A program made the translations under genes and the position numbers. Shown here in pieces: positions 44,415 to 54,500 of a DNA stretch of 64,000 nt (the first letter of the stretch is position 1; the number at the start of each line of letters is the position of its first letter). Source of the stretch: a virus (taxonomy: Duplodnaviria; Heunggongvirae; Uroviricota; Caudoviricetes); IMG/VR virus record IMGVR_UViG_2778260992_000001; one strand, given 5' to 3'. The notes under the pieces are model-generated. The model was not told where the DNA came from. It saw nothing but the letters and a program-made list of their open reading frames with translations, and did not search any database.

Positions 44415-47400
44415 ATGTCACAAAACGTAGAGTTTATCCTGTCGCTGGAAGACAAACAGTTTACAGCGTCAATCGATCGTGCGGGGAAACTGCTTACTCG
44501 ATTTGGTGAGCAGGTAACAAAGCCTGCTCAAAAAATCCAAACCTTTGAACGCTCTTTGGGTTCGGTCGCCCGTATCATTGGCGTTCTGGAAAGCAAGCTC
44601 GATTCTACGGCAGATAAACTACAGGATGTAGCTGCCGGTTTTGAGCTTGCTTCAGATGCTACGCGTAAAATGCGTGGCAACATCACCAGCCTCAATTCTG
44701 GTCTTAAAGCCCTGATTGAGCGCGTCGATACGACAACTTCTTCAGTAGATAAACTCACCGCGTCATTACGTAAAGTGCAATCAGAGCTAAATGATTTCTC
44801 TGATTGGGCGACCTATGCAAGCAAAAGCGCAAGCCGCTTTGGTACTGAGGTCAAAGAAGCCTCTGCGTCCGTGAGTGGCATGAATACGCGCCTTAATACC
44901 ACGACGAAGCGACTCAGTAATTGGGGTGTCACAACGAGTCAGGCTGCCGAGGGACTGAAAAAGGTTCGTGAGCAGATGGACGAAGTTATTGGACGTCAGC
45001 AACTGATTAGCAAGCCGGTACGCGTTCGTACATCTGGAAGTGGCGATGGTGGTAGCGGGCAGCGTAGCGGCGCTTCTGGTCACAGCGGTAAAAATAACGA
45101 AGGAGGTATGTTCTCTGGCCTTCGTGGCAACATTTTCCTGCTTGGCGAGATCGGAGATGCTGCCAGAACGGTTACTGACATCATGTTTGGGTGGCAGAAG
45201 CCTATTGTTGAAGCTGCGGCCGAAATGGAACGTATGCGGGTGATGCTTCGAGGGTTGAATAAGGAGAAGTCCAACCCTGGCCAGGCTGCCGCTGATGATA
45301 TGAAGTACATCGTAGACATGGCTCAAAATGCGCCGTTCGCGATGCAGGCGTTAACAGATTCCTTCGTGAAGTTTCGTTCTGCTGGCTTAGATCCAACCGA
45401 TGGTTCTCTGAAGGCGCTGGTGGACTCCGTTGCTCGTTTTGGTGGTGATAGTGAGCTGTTGAAACGTGCGGCTGTGGCCGTTCAGCAGATGTCCGGTAAG
45501 GGCGTCGTGTCAATGGAAGAGCTACGTCAGCAATTAGGTGAAGCCGTTCCTAACGCGATGCAGGCAATGGCAGACGCCGCAGGCATCACTATGGGGGAAC
45601 TGACTAAAGCCGTTGCCAGCGGTACGGTTGAGGCAAAGCAGGCGTTGTCTCTGATGTTTGTTGGTCTGCGTGCGGAGAACGAGAACGCAGCGAAAGACAT
45701 GATGCAAACCTACACAGGTGCGCTGGCGCAACTTCAGACGTCATTCACGTTATTTGCTGATCGAGTTGGTCAGGCTGGATATCTGGATTCTCTATCAAAG
45801 GGGATGAAAGAACTGGCTTCAATCATGAATAGCGCCGAAGGGATTTCGTTTGCCAATTCTTTAGGTTCGGGGTTAACGACGGCAATCGATGGGTTGCGTC
45901 AGCTTGCTCAATGGTTAGCAAAGAACCAAGAGCTGGTAATTAATCTCGGTAAGGTCGTGGCCGCGATGGTTGCGTTCAAACTGATGCGAGCAGGGATCAT
46001 GGGAGTAGTTGGCGCAGGCAGCCAGATGGTTAGCACCTTTGCCACGATGGCGACCGCCATACAGACTCCATTTAACCTCGGCGCTACAGCAGTAACTCGA
46101 TTCAATCGTGCGGCACGTATGGGGTTGGCTCCGATCCCCTCTCTTATTTTCGCCATTCGTGGGGCGATTACGGGGCTTAAAGGTGCTTTTGCAGGATTAA
46201 CGGCGTTCATTGCAGCAAACCCTATAGGGGCAGCATTTACAGTTGCCACTGTAGCTGTTGCTGGCCTAATCACGTACATGACCATGCTCCGCAGCGAAAC
46301 TTCAAAGGTCGTTGACGAGATTAGGAAAATACCAGAAGCGATGACAGCGGCCAAACGTGCACAAATGGCCGACCGCGCAGAAAAGCTCGAAAAGCAGATT
46401 CTTGCTGATCAACGAGCATTAAAAACTGGTGAGGGTGTTAATTACGTATCTAACTCTGCCGGTGTTATTACTCACAAAGAGTCGAAGGCTGACATTGAAG
46501 CACGCCTGAAAAAAAATCAGGAAGAGTATCAAAAGATAACCGGCACGATAGCTCTTGGTGACGGCGCTGTAGCAAAGCGTTTGGCTAAAGAGGCTGCCGA
46601 ATCTCAGATTGAGAAAATTCGAGCGGAAAACCAGATTTTCGCGGCAACATTCGTGAAAGCCCGGCAGGAGGCTCTGGAGAAGATCCAGAAAATCAATGAT
46701 GACAGTTCACTTTCAGATGATGAAAAGAACAAGCTATTGGCACCGTTACGTGAAACGGTAAACAAAAGCTATCTGGAGCCTGCGCAAAAACTGGTTGATT
46801 CACTTTCTTCTCGTAAGAATGCGACCGAGAAGCAAATCGCGACTCTTAATGATCAGCTTGAAAAAGCCAAAAAGGATGGAAATACCGAGCAGATCCAGAA
46901 ACTTCAAGGCAGTATTCGTGGTTATCAGGAGCATTTGGAAACCGTTGCTCAGGAACTGACTCAGGCAGAGTTCGAGAGAGATAACGCGGCCAAAACTGGT
47001 AAGGGCGTGATGTCAAACCAGGGGACTGTTCTTGGGTTAGGTACAACTGATAAAGCTGCTCAGAAGGCGCTGGCGCAATATATGCGAAACCAGATGGATT
47101 CTGCGACTTATCAGCGTACTTTGCCTGACGGCACTCCGATGATGGACTTCGAAGGTAAGCCTATTATTGGGCCTAAACAACTCAAGACGCAGCTTAATTT
47201 GCAGAAAGCATCCAGTGCCAGCTCTCTGGAGAAAATGAGCGATGAAGAGCGTGCCGCAGCCATTGCTGCACTGACTAAAGCTCGTGAACAGGATGCCGCA
47301 GCTGCCGAGAAAGCCGCCCAACGATCAGCTAACGCCTCGCAGCGTGCGGCCAAGAAGGAGCAGGCAGCGCAACAGAAACTGGCAGCCGGATACCAGAAGG

Positions 47401-48986
47401 CTCTGGATAAAGCCGATCAGCTTATGGGGCAAATGGGTGAAAGCTCTAAGGCTACGGTATCGTTTGATCAGTCTCTTCGCGATACAACGAAATCGCTGAC
47501 AGATTTGGCTAATGCGGTTCCTAACGAGTTCATCACTCAAGAGATGATCGACAAGGCGAAAAAACGTCTTGAAGACCTCAAAAATGCGACACCTGAATAT
47601 CGCGAGATGTTTAATCGCCGCAATGTTGAGCAGATGATCTCCACTTGGGCACCGGAGGCGGATTCCATTATTAGTGCTGGCTATACGCCGTCTCGCGAAG
47701 AGAAAGTTGCTGATTTCGAAGACACCTACAACCGCAATCTCAAAGCGTTGATAGAACTTCGTGATAAGGCGTCTGATCCTAAAGTTGTGGCGCTTTATAC
47801 AAAGAAAATCAATCAACTGATTGCTGCTGGCAATACCGCGCTTATTAAAGAGACGGGGACTGCGACGCAGAAGTTGGCACTGGAATACGAAAACTTGGCA
47901 GAGCAGATCGAAAGCACCTGGACTGATTTGTTTAGTGGCTTAACTGATGTCCTGACTGATTTCGTTATTAACGGGAAGATGAGCTTCTCCAGCCTATCTC
48001 AGTCCATTTTGAAAGATATCACCAATATGGTCGTGAAGTCGCAAATCACGCTGCCTCTAATGAACATGTTGGGGATGGGAACCACCGCAGCTGGTAGTTC
48101 ACAGAGTGGCAATTTGCTCACTGGAGTTGCTTCTGCCGTTGCCAATCAAGGTGTACGAATGGGCAACACTGTTAATGGCGACAAGTCGGTAGGAGAAGCC
48201 ACGAAGGAGACGTCCAGTTCGGTAACTGGATTGGGGCAAACAACACAGCAGACCACCAGCGCAATTGGCACAGCAACAAATGCGATTGGTAGCTGGGTAT
48301 CGGGGCTATTTGATAGCACCGAAGCCAAAGATGCTGAGACAAAAGCAGTGAAGGACTCCATCTTCTCGATGCAGAACCTCAGCTCTGTTACCGGCGCTCT
48401 GTCTGCCGCGTTTGCAATGCTTGGAGCTAATGCTTCCGGCTCTGGTAATAAGTGGTTGAATTTCGGCGCGACAGTTGCATCTGGTTTGGTTTCAGTATGG
48501 GCTGGTGGTGGATTTGATGGATTGATGTCCGGTTCTTCTGGCTCAACTTCCGGGTTCAACAATCTGACCAGTTCTGCTGCCGATGGCACGAATGGTATTC
48601 CTGCAATTCCGAAGTTTGCAAATGGTGGCATATTCGGAAAAGACGGCGTGATCCCGCTCCGGGCATACCAGAAAGGCGGTATCGCCAACTCACCTCAATT
48701 GGCGTTGTTTGGGGAAGGCGATATGAATGAGGCGTATGTTCCATTGCCTGATGGTCGAACAATCCCTGTAACGCTCAGTACCGATGGTATGAGTGGAGGA
48801 GGAAATGTTCTTTCTCCGGTATCAATTGAGATCAACGTCCATAGTGACGGTAGCACAACTGAATCCGGCGATACAGAAAGCATATGGAACAATGCCGCTC
48901 AACGGATGAAAGCAATCGCGCTTGAGACTATCGCTCAAGAGAAACGCCCTGGCGGATCACTCAACCCAAACACTCAACGTAACTAA
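44415..48986 (+). CDS. tail tape measure protein
   Basis: ~1520 aa, coiled-coil-rich with Gly-rich hydrophobic segment; ATG 44415 preferred over TTG 44394. Confidence 0.85.
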   Translation: MSQNVEFILSLEDKQFTASIDRAGKLLTRFGEQVTKPAQKIQTFERSLGSVARIIGVLESKLDSTADKLQDVAAGFELASDATRKMRGNITSLNSGLKALIERVDTTTSSVDKLTASLRKVQSELNDFSDWATYASKSASRFGTEVKEASASVSGMNTRLNTTTKRLSNWGVTTSQAAEGLKKVREQMDEVIGRQQLISKPVRVRTSGSGDGGSGQRSGASGHSGKNNEGGMFSGLRGNIFLLGEIGDAARTVTDIMFGWQKPIVEAAAEMERMRVMLRGLNKEKSNPGQAAADDMKYIVDMAQNAPFAMQALTDSFVKFRSAGLDPTDGSLKALVDSVARFGGDSELLKRAAVAVQQMSGKGVVSMEELRQQLGEAVPNAMQAMADAAGITMGELTKAVASGTVEAKQALSLMFVGLRAENENAAKDMMQTYTGALAQLQTSFTLFADRVGQAGYLDSLSKGMKELASIMNSAEGISFANSLGSGLTTAIDGLRQLAQWLAKNQELVINLGKVVAAMVAFKLMRAGIMGVVGAGSQMVSTFATMATAIQTPFNLGATAVTRFNRAARMGLAPIPSLIFAIRGAITGLKGAFAGLTAFIAANPIGAAFTVATVAVAGLITYMTMLRSETSKVVDEIRKIPEAMTAAKRAQMADRAEKLEKQILADQRALKTGEGVNYVSNSAGVITHKESKADIEARLKKNQEEYQKITGTIALGDGAVAKRLAKEAAESQIEKIRAENQIFAATFVKARQEALEKIQKINDDSSLSDDEKNKLLAPLRETVNKSYLEPAQKLVDSLSSRKNATEKQIATLNDQLEKAKKDGNTEQIQKLQGSIRGYQEHLETVAQELTQAEFERDNAAKTGKGVMSNQGTVLGLGTTDKAAQKALAQYMRNQMDSATYQRTLPDGTPMMDFEGKPIIGPKQLKTQLNLQKASSASSLEKMSDEERAAAIAALTKAREQDAAAAEKAAQRSANASQRAAKKEQAAQQKLAAGYQKALDKADQLMGQMGESSKATVSFDQSLRDTTKSLTDLANAVPNEFITQEMIDKAKKRLEDLKNATPEYREMFNRRNVEQMISTWAPEADSIISAGYTPSREEKVADFEDTYNRNLKALIELRDKASDPKVVALYTKKINQLIAAGNTALIKETGTATQKLALEYENLAEQIESTWTDLFSGLTDVLTDFVINGKMSFSSLSQSILKDITNMVVKSQITLPLMNMLGMGTTAAGSSQSGNLLTGVASAVANQGVRMGNTVNGDKSVGEATKETSSSVTGLGQTTQQTTSAIGTATNAIGSWVSGLFDSTEAKDAETKAVKDSIFSMQNLSSVTGALSAAFAMLGANASGSGNKWLNFGATVASGLVSVWAGGGFDGLMSGSSGSTSGFNNLTSSAADGTNGIPAIPKFANGGIFGKDGVIPLRAYQKGGIANSPQLALFGEGDMNEAYVPLPDGRTIPVTLSTDGMSGGGNVLSPVSIEINVHSDGSTTESGDTESIWNNAAQRMKAIALETIAQEKRPGGSLNPNTQRN

Positions 48987-49028
48987 CTATCGACTGCCCC
49001 GACGGGGGCAGTCTCACAAGGATGTGAG

Positions 49029-49364
49029 ATGGAAAGACAAACGTTTAATTGGTATCCAGATTACGAATCTGAAAAAAGCGTAAAACCGAATGTAACGGTA
49101 CTTAATTTTGGTGATGACTACGAGCAGCGACAGGCTCAAGGTCTTAATCGTATTAAAGAAGAATGGTCGTTAACCTTTACAAGATCATACAACGAAATTA
49201 ATGCAATCGATGACTTCCTGACTGAGCGATCAGGCGTTGAATCGTTCTATTGGGTTAATCCAAGAGGCAAGCAGATTGTAGTTGTATGTGACAGTCATAC
49301 GGTCAAGCGATATCAGGGGTACTGTGTCTTAACTGCTACATTCAGACAAGTATTTGAGGCTTAA
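49029..49364 (+). CDS. minor tail protein (lambda M-like)
   Basis: 111 aa immediately after tape measure, before L/K/I/J homologues. Confidence 0.65.
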   Translation: MERQTFNWYPDYESEKSVKPNVTVLNFGDDYEQRQAQGLNRIKEEWSLTFTRSYNEINAIDDFLTERSGVESFYWVNPRGKQIVVVCDSHTVKRYQGYCVLTATFRQVFEA

Positions 49365-49446
49365 GTATCTGGATAAGTAAGTACTAATTTACTATCATTG
49401 TGGCGCTGACAGGATGTTAGCGCCTACTTATTTCAAGGATGAAACA

Positions 49447-50145
49447 ATGGGAATTAAAGCTGATATTCAGAGCTTATCTCCCTCTGCACTCATTGAGTTG
49501 TTCGTACTGGATATGTCGAACACAACTTCAGGGGGGAAGCTATTCTTCCACGCCGGAACAAACGAACTGATGCAACCGGTCGTCTGGCAAGGAGTGACAT
49601 ACGAGCCGTGGCCAATCAAAGCATCAGGTTTTGACAAAACGGGCCAGGGAACGTTGCCACGTCCAAAAATTCAGGTATCGAACTTTGCCGGAACCGTCTC
49701 TGCGGAAGTTCAGGCGAACGACGATCTTGTTGGCTGCCGCATTATTCGCAAGATGACGCTGGCTCGCTTCCTCGATGCCGTTAATTTTAAAGACGGCAAC
49801 CCAACAGCAGATCCAAACCAACATTTCCCGGATGAAATGTGGTTTATCGAACAGAAAACTCTCGAAACTCATCAGGTTGTCGAGTTTGAATTGTCCAGTG
49901 TGTTCGATTTGATGGGGGTGCAACTGCCGTATCGTCAGATCATTAAAAACACCTGCCCGTGGAAATACCGAGGGCCAGAATGCGGCTATACCGGTCCATA
50001 TTTCGACAAAAATAACCAGCAGACGTCTATGTCTGGTGCTGATTACTGCACAAAACGTTATGACGCCTGTAATGCGCGTCGGAATTATTTTGCCAACGGA
50101 GTGATCCATTTTGGCGGGTTTATTGGAGCTACGCGATATGGGTAA
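49447..50145 (+). CDS. minor tail protein L
   Basis: clear similarity to lambda gpL as recalled (WQGVTYEPWPIKASGFD, ARFLDAVNF, C-terminal Cys cluster). Confidence 0.85.
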   Translation: MGIKADIQSLSPSALIELFVLDMSNTTSGGKLFFHAGTNELMQPVVWQGVTYEPWPIKASGFDKTGQGTLPRPKIQVSNFAGTVSAEVQANDDLVGCRIIRKMTLARFLDAVNFKDGNPTADPNQHFPDEMWFIEQKTLETHQVVEFELSSVFDLMGVQLPYRQIIKNTCPWKYRGPECGYTGPYFDKNNQQTSMSGADYCTKRYDACNARRNYFANGVIHFGGFIGATRYG

Positions 50146-50935
50146 TAAAGCAATCCCTGAGCTTGGCTCTGATGTTATGCAGCAAATCTATCTCTGCGCC
50201 ATAAATCGCTACCCTAATGAAGCGTGTGGCTTTCTGGTGAGAACTAATGGCGACAAATATCGCTTTATGGAAGCGCGAAATGTTTCGGAGAACCCGCAGA
50301 ACACTTTTGTAATGCACGTTGACGACATTATGGCGGCAGAGGATGCAGGTGACGTAATCGCAATCTGGCATTCACATACTGATGAATCAGCAGAAGCATC
50401 TGATGCCGATCGTGCAGGCTGTGAAGCGACGGAAGTTCCGTGGATGATTCTGGCTATTCGCAAGAATGTTGAGGGAGATGCCCCTTTCCATTTTAGCGAG
50501 ATGAATGTGATCACACCTGATGGTTTCGAAATGCCATACCTGGGTAGACCGTATGTATTTGGCGTATTCGATTGCTGGATGTTGTGTCGGGACTATTTGA
50601 AGCGTGAGTTTAACGTCGAGCTTAACCCGAACGCACACCTGCATATTCCATCGTGGTACACCGGCGATAACGACATTCTCGACCAGAACTACCGAAACGA
50701 GGGATTGGTACGGCTTGCGCCTGGAACAGAGCCTCAACGTGGGGACGTCTTCTTTATTCAATACGGGAAAATGCCAGATCACTGCGCGGTTTATATCGGC
50801 GATGGAATGATTCTTCATCACCAGATCGACCGTCTTAGTTGTCGTGCTTATTACGGCGGAATGTATCAGAAACATACGACGCATCACTTGCGTCACAGAG
50901 ACTTGCTCAAGGGAGATGAGACGTGTCTGAGTTAG
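50138..50935 (+). CDS. tail assembly protein K (MPN/JAB + NlpC/P60-like domains)
   Basis: EACGF, HSH metal motif and C-terminal DC...H as in lambda gpK. Confidence 0.85.
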   Translation: MGNKAIPELGSDVMQQIYLCAINRYPNEACGFLVRTNGDKYRFMEARNVSENPQNTFVMHVDDIMAAEDAGDVIAIWHSHTDESAEASDADRAGCEATEVPWMILAIRKNVEGDAPFHFSEMNVITPDGFEMPYLGRPYVFGVFDCWMLCRDYLKREFNVELNPNAHLHIPSWYTGDNDILDQNYRNEGLVRLAPGTEPQRGDVFFIQYGKMPDHCAVYIGDGMILHHQIDRLSCRAYYGGMYQKHTTHHLRHRDLLKGDETCLS

Positions 50936-51516
50936 TTCATGTGCAGCTTGGCGGCCCTATGGCCAAACATTTTGGCCGCCACTGGCATCTAAAGGTGCGC
51001 AATGCAAAACAGGCTCTGGATTTAATTGAGGCCAACAAGCCTGGGTTTAAAGCATGGATGAAGCGCAATATCAAAACCTATGACCGTTACCACATCCAGA
51101 TCACCAATAAACAGGGCCACAAGTGGTCTGTTGACGAAAGTGAATATCAGATGATGGGGCAGTCTGACAACATTGCCAAAATCCGCATTACACCTGTTCC
51201 GCGAGGAAGCGGTGGATCTGCTTTTGGGTGGTTTCAGACGGTAGTAGGGGCCGCTTTGTTGGTTGTATCGGCGGTAGTGATGCCTGCTTTAGCACCTCTC
51301 GGTTTGTCACTGATGATGGGCGGCATATCACAAATCATATCGCCGCAAGCCACTAACGAAAGTGTGAGACAGGCAGATAACTCGAACTCTTATTATTTCG
51401 ACGGCCCTCAAAATACAGAAAACCAGGGCAACCCAGTACAACTTATCTATGGCGAGGAAATTCTGGTTGGCTCACAGGTTGTGAGTTCTTCAATCACGAT
51501 TGACCAGCTAATGTAA
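50923..51516 (+). CDS. tail assembly protein I
   Basis: hydrophobic Gly/Ala segment and C-terminal LIYGEEILVGSQVVS as in lambda gpI; GTG start. Confidence 0.7.
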   Translation: MSELVHVQLGGPMAKHFGRHWHLKVRNAKQALDLIEANKPGFKAWMKRNIKTYDRYHIQITNKQGHKWSVDESEYQMMGQSDNIAKIRITPVPRGSGGSAFGWFQTVVGAALLVVSAVVMPALAPLGLSLMMGGISQIISPQATNESVRQADNSNSYYFDGPQNTENQGNPVQLIYGEEILVGSQVVSSSITIDQLM

Positions 51517-51533
51517 ACAAGGATTTTTTGAAC

Positions 51534-54500
51534 ATGGAACAGTTCAAGAAGAAAAAGCTACCGCTGTTTATTGCCGGTGCGGGTGGTAAAAAAAGCAGCA
51601 AAAGCTCCAGCCGTACACCGGTTGAAGCCGACGATACCGTAAATTCTCGTGCAATGGCCGCTATCCTCGATCTTCTTGGGGAAGGGGTAATTGGCGGCTT
51701 AGTAAATGGCGCAAGATCTATTTTTATCGACGATCTGCCGATTGTAAATGAAGACGGTTCCTCCAACTTCAGCGGAATCACATGGGATTTTCGCGACGGT
51801 TCACAAGACCAGACTCCAATGTCTGGCTTTGATTTCGTTGAAACGCCTAAATCCGTCAATATCCAGTTAAAAAAAACACATTATGTAACGGTTTCAATCG
51901 ATAACGATGAAGCTGATCGGGTTCGTGTCATCATGAAGTTTCCTTCTTTGCGAAGCATAGATAAAAAAACTGGTGACACGAACGGTACGACTGTTGAGTA
52001 CAAGTTCCAGATAGCAAATGGCGACTCAACATTTGTAGATGTGGTCGCTGAAGGTGAAAAAAGCGTTGGCATTAAGCTAACAGCAAAGAAGACCGGCGTT
52101 TATTACCGTAGCTATGAGCTGAAGCTGCCTAAGCCTGGACGAGCATACAAGGTTCGTGTGGTCCGTATTACCGATGATAACAGTAGCCAGTATCTCTATA
52201 ACGATACATGGGTGGATTCAATCGGGGAAATTGTCGATACACCGATGAACTATCCAAACTCTGTTTTGGTTGGATTGAAGGTAAACTCTGAGCAATTCGG
52301 CAGCACCATGCCATCTCGCTCTTATCTGGTGCGTGGCCTAAAAATTCGAGTACCTTCAAACTATAACGAGTCCAGTAACACTTACGCTGGGGTATGGGAT
52401 GGCACTTTTAAGCTGTTGTCTTCTTCGAACCCCGCGTGGATTCTCTTTGATTTGCTGACCAATGCTCGATATGGCCTTGGTCAGTATGTGTCGGAATCTA
52501 TGATTGACCTTGGCCAGTTGTACCAGATTGGTCGATATTGTGACGAAGAGGTCGATGATGGCTTTGGTGGCAAAGAGAAACGCTTTGCAATCAATACGCA
52601 GATCACCAGTCGACAGGACGCATACCGGCTAATTCAGGATATTGCCGGAGCATTCCGCGGCATGGTGTTTTGGGCTGGTGGGATGGTTAACATCATGCAG
52701 GATAGCCCATCAGATCCGGTAATGATGTTTACCAACTCTAACGTCAAAGATGGATTGTTTACCTATAAAGGTTCTGCGCGTAAAGATCGCCCATCCGTTG
52801 CGCTCGTAACCTACAACAACAAGGAGGACGGTTATAAGCAAAACATCGAGTACGTCGAAGATCAGGACGCAATGCGCCGTTATGGTGAGCGTAAAACAGA
52901 AGTCGTAGCATTTGGCTGTACAAGCCGAGGGCAGGCTCACCGAGTTGGTTTGTGGCTTTTATATACCTCCAGAATGGAGTCGGATGTAATTACATTTACT
53001 GCCGGCTTAGACGCGTCATTTCTGATGCCTGGTGAAACCGTTCTGATTCAGAACAAATATCGCGCAGGCAAACGTAACTCAGGTCGAATTGTGGCGTTTA
53101 CCAAAAACAGCGTCACACTCGATGCGCCTGTGTCGTTAGCCAAAGGCGGCTGCTTTATTCGAATACTGAATCAGGAAGGCAAAATCGTTGAACGCGATGT
53201 TCTTGAAACTGGCGAAAATATAACAAAAGTTACGTTTTCAAAAGCCCTGTCTTCGGCTGAAACGCCTGTTTTGAACGGCGTCTGGACTATTACAGAACCA
53301 GACCTCGAACCTATGCGCGTTCGCATCGTTAACATCGCGCAGGGGGAAACGCCGGGTAGCTTTGACATCACCGCTGTTGAGAACAATCCGTCTAAATATG
53401 AGGCAATCGACAATGGTGCAACGCTGATCCCGCAGAATACGACGGTATTGGACCCAACTTACTCCAAGCCATCTAATCTGCAAATCACTGAAGGGACTTA
53501 TCTCTCAAGCCCGGGCAACCTGTCAGTAAAACTGACTGCAACATGGGAAGGGAAATCTCCAGAGTATTGGATCAGTTGGCGACGTTCTGATGAAAACAAT
53601 GTATCGAACTGGCAATCGGCGCGTGTAACCGAAGAGCAATACGAAATCGTTAATGTCGCGGAGAATGGACGCTACGACTTCCAGCTGTATGCGGTTTCAT
53701 TCAACGGTAAAAAAACAGAGATTATCAGTACCGTTTATCAGGTGTTGGGCACAATGACACCGCCGGATTCCCCAACGTCATTAACGGCCGTTGGAGACTA
53801 TCGTAATGTGATACTGAATTGGGTTAATCCAGATTCGGTAGACCTTGATCACATTAATGTTTACGCATCCCAGACCAACAATCTGGATACGGCGAAACTG
53901 ATCGCAGAGTCTGCAAGCACCACCTTTACACATGCTGGTCTTGGGGATAGCGAAACGTGGTATTACTGGGTTCGAGCATCGAACAAGCGAGGTATGTTAA
54001 GTCCTCCGAACTCAAACTTGGGTACAGAGGCGACAACTCGCGATGTACTGTCGTTCCTGACTGGCAAAATTACATCTTCCGAGCTTGGTCAGGCTCTGCT
54101 TGAGGACATCAACAGCAAAGCCTCTCAAGAAGCAGTTGACGAGTTAAATGAGCATATCAACCAGAGCGTCGAATCTTTGGAGGGGGCGGTAAACGACGTT
54201 AAGGAAGATATAGCTGAATTAGATAAGCAGTTCAGCGATAACCTCGCGGATTTTGAAATAAAATTCAACGAGCGTAGCGATGCTTTGGAGAACGCACAAA
54301 CCGAGCTTAAAGGTGAGGTTTCGGCAACGATCGACAAGGTCAATGAAGCGTTTGAAAAAATTGATGCTACTGATGCTGCAATTGTTGAAATCGAAAACAC
54401 CGTATCTGAACACGATAAAGCTCTCGCTAATACAGTCGAGGCAATAAAGGCTGCAAGAGATGAAGCGGCGGCTCTTATTGCTAAGGAAAGCGAGGCTCGT

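Noticed and set aside
45908-48688. Minus-strand ORFs (148 aa, 180 aa and others) inside the tape measure gene
   Set aside because: Antisense to a long, well-supported plus-strand gene; Ala/Pro-rich composition from the complementary strand of Gly/Ala codons.
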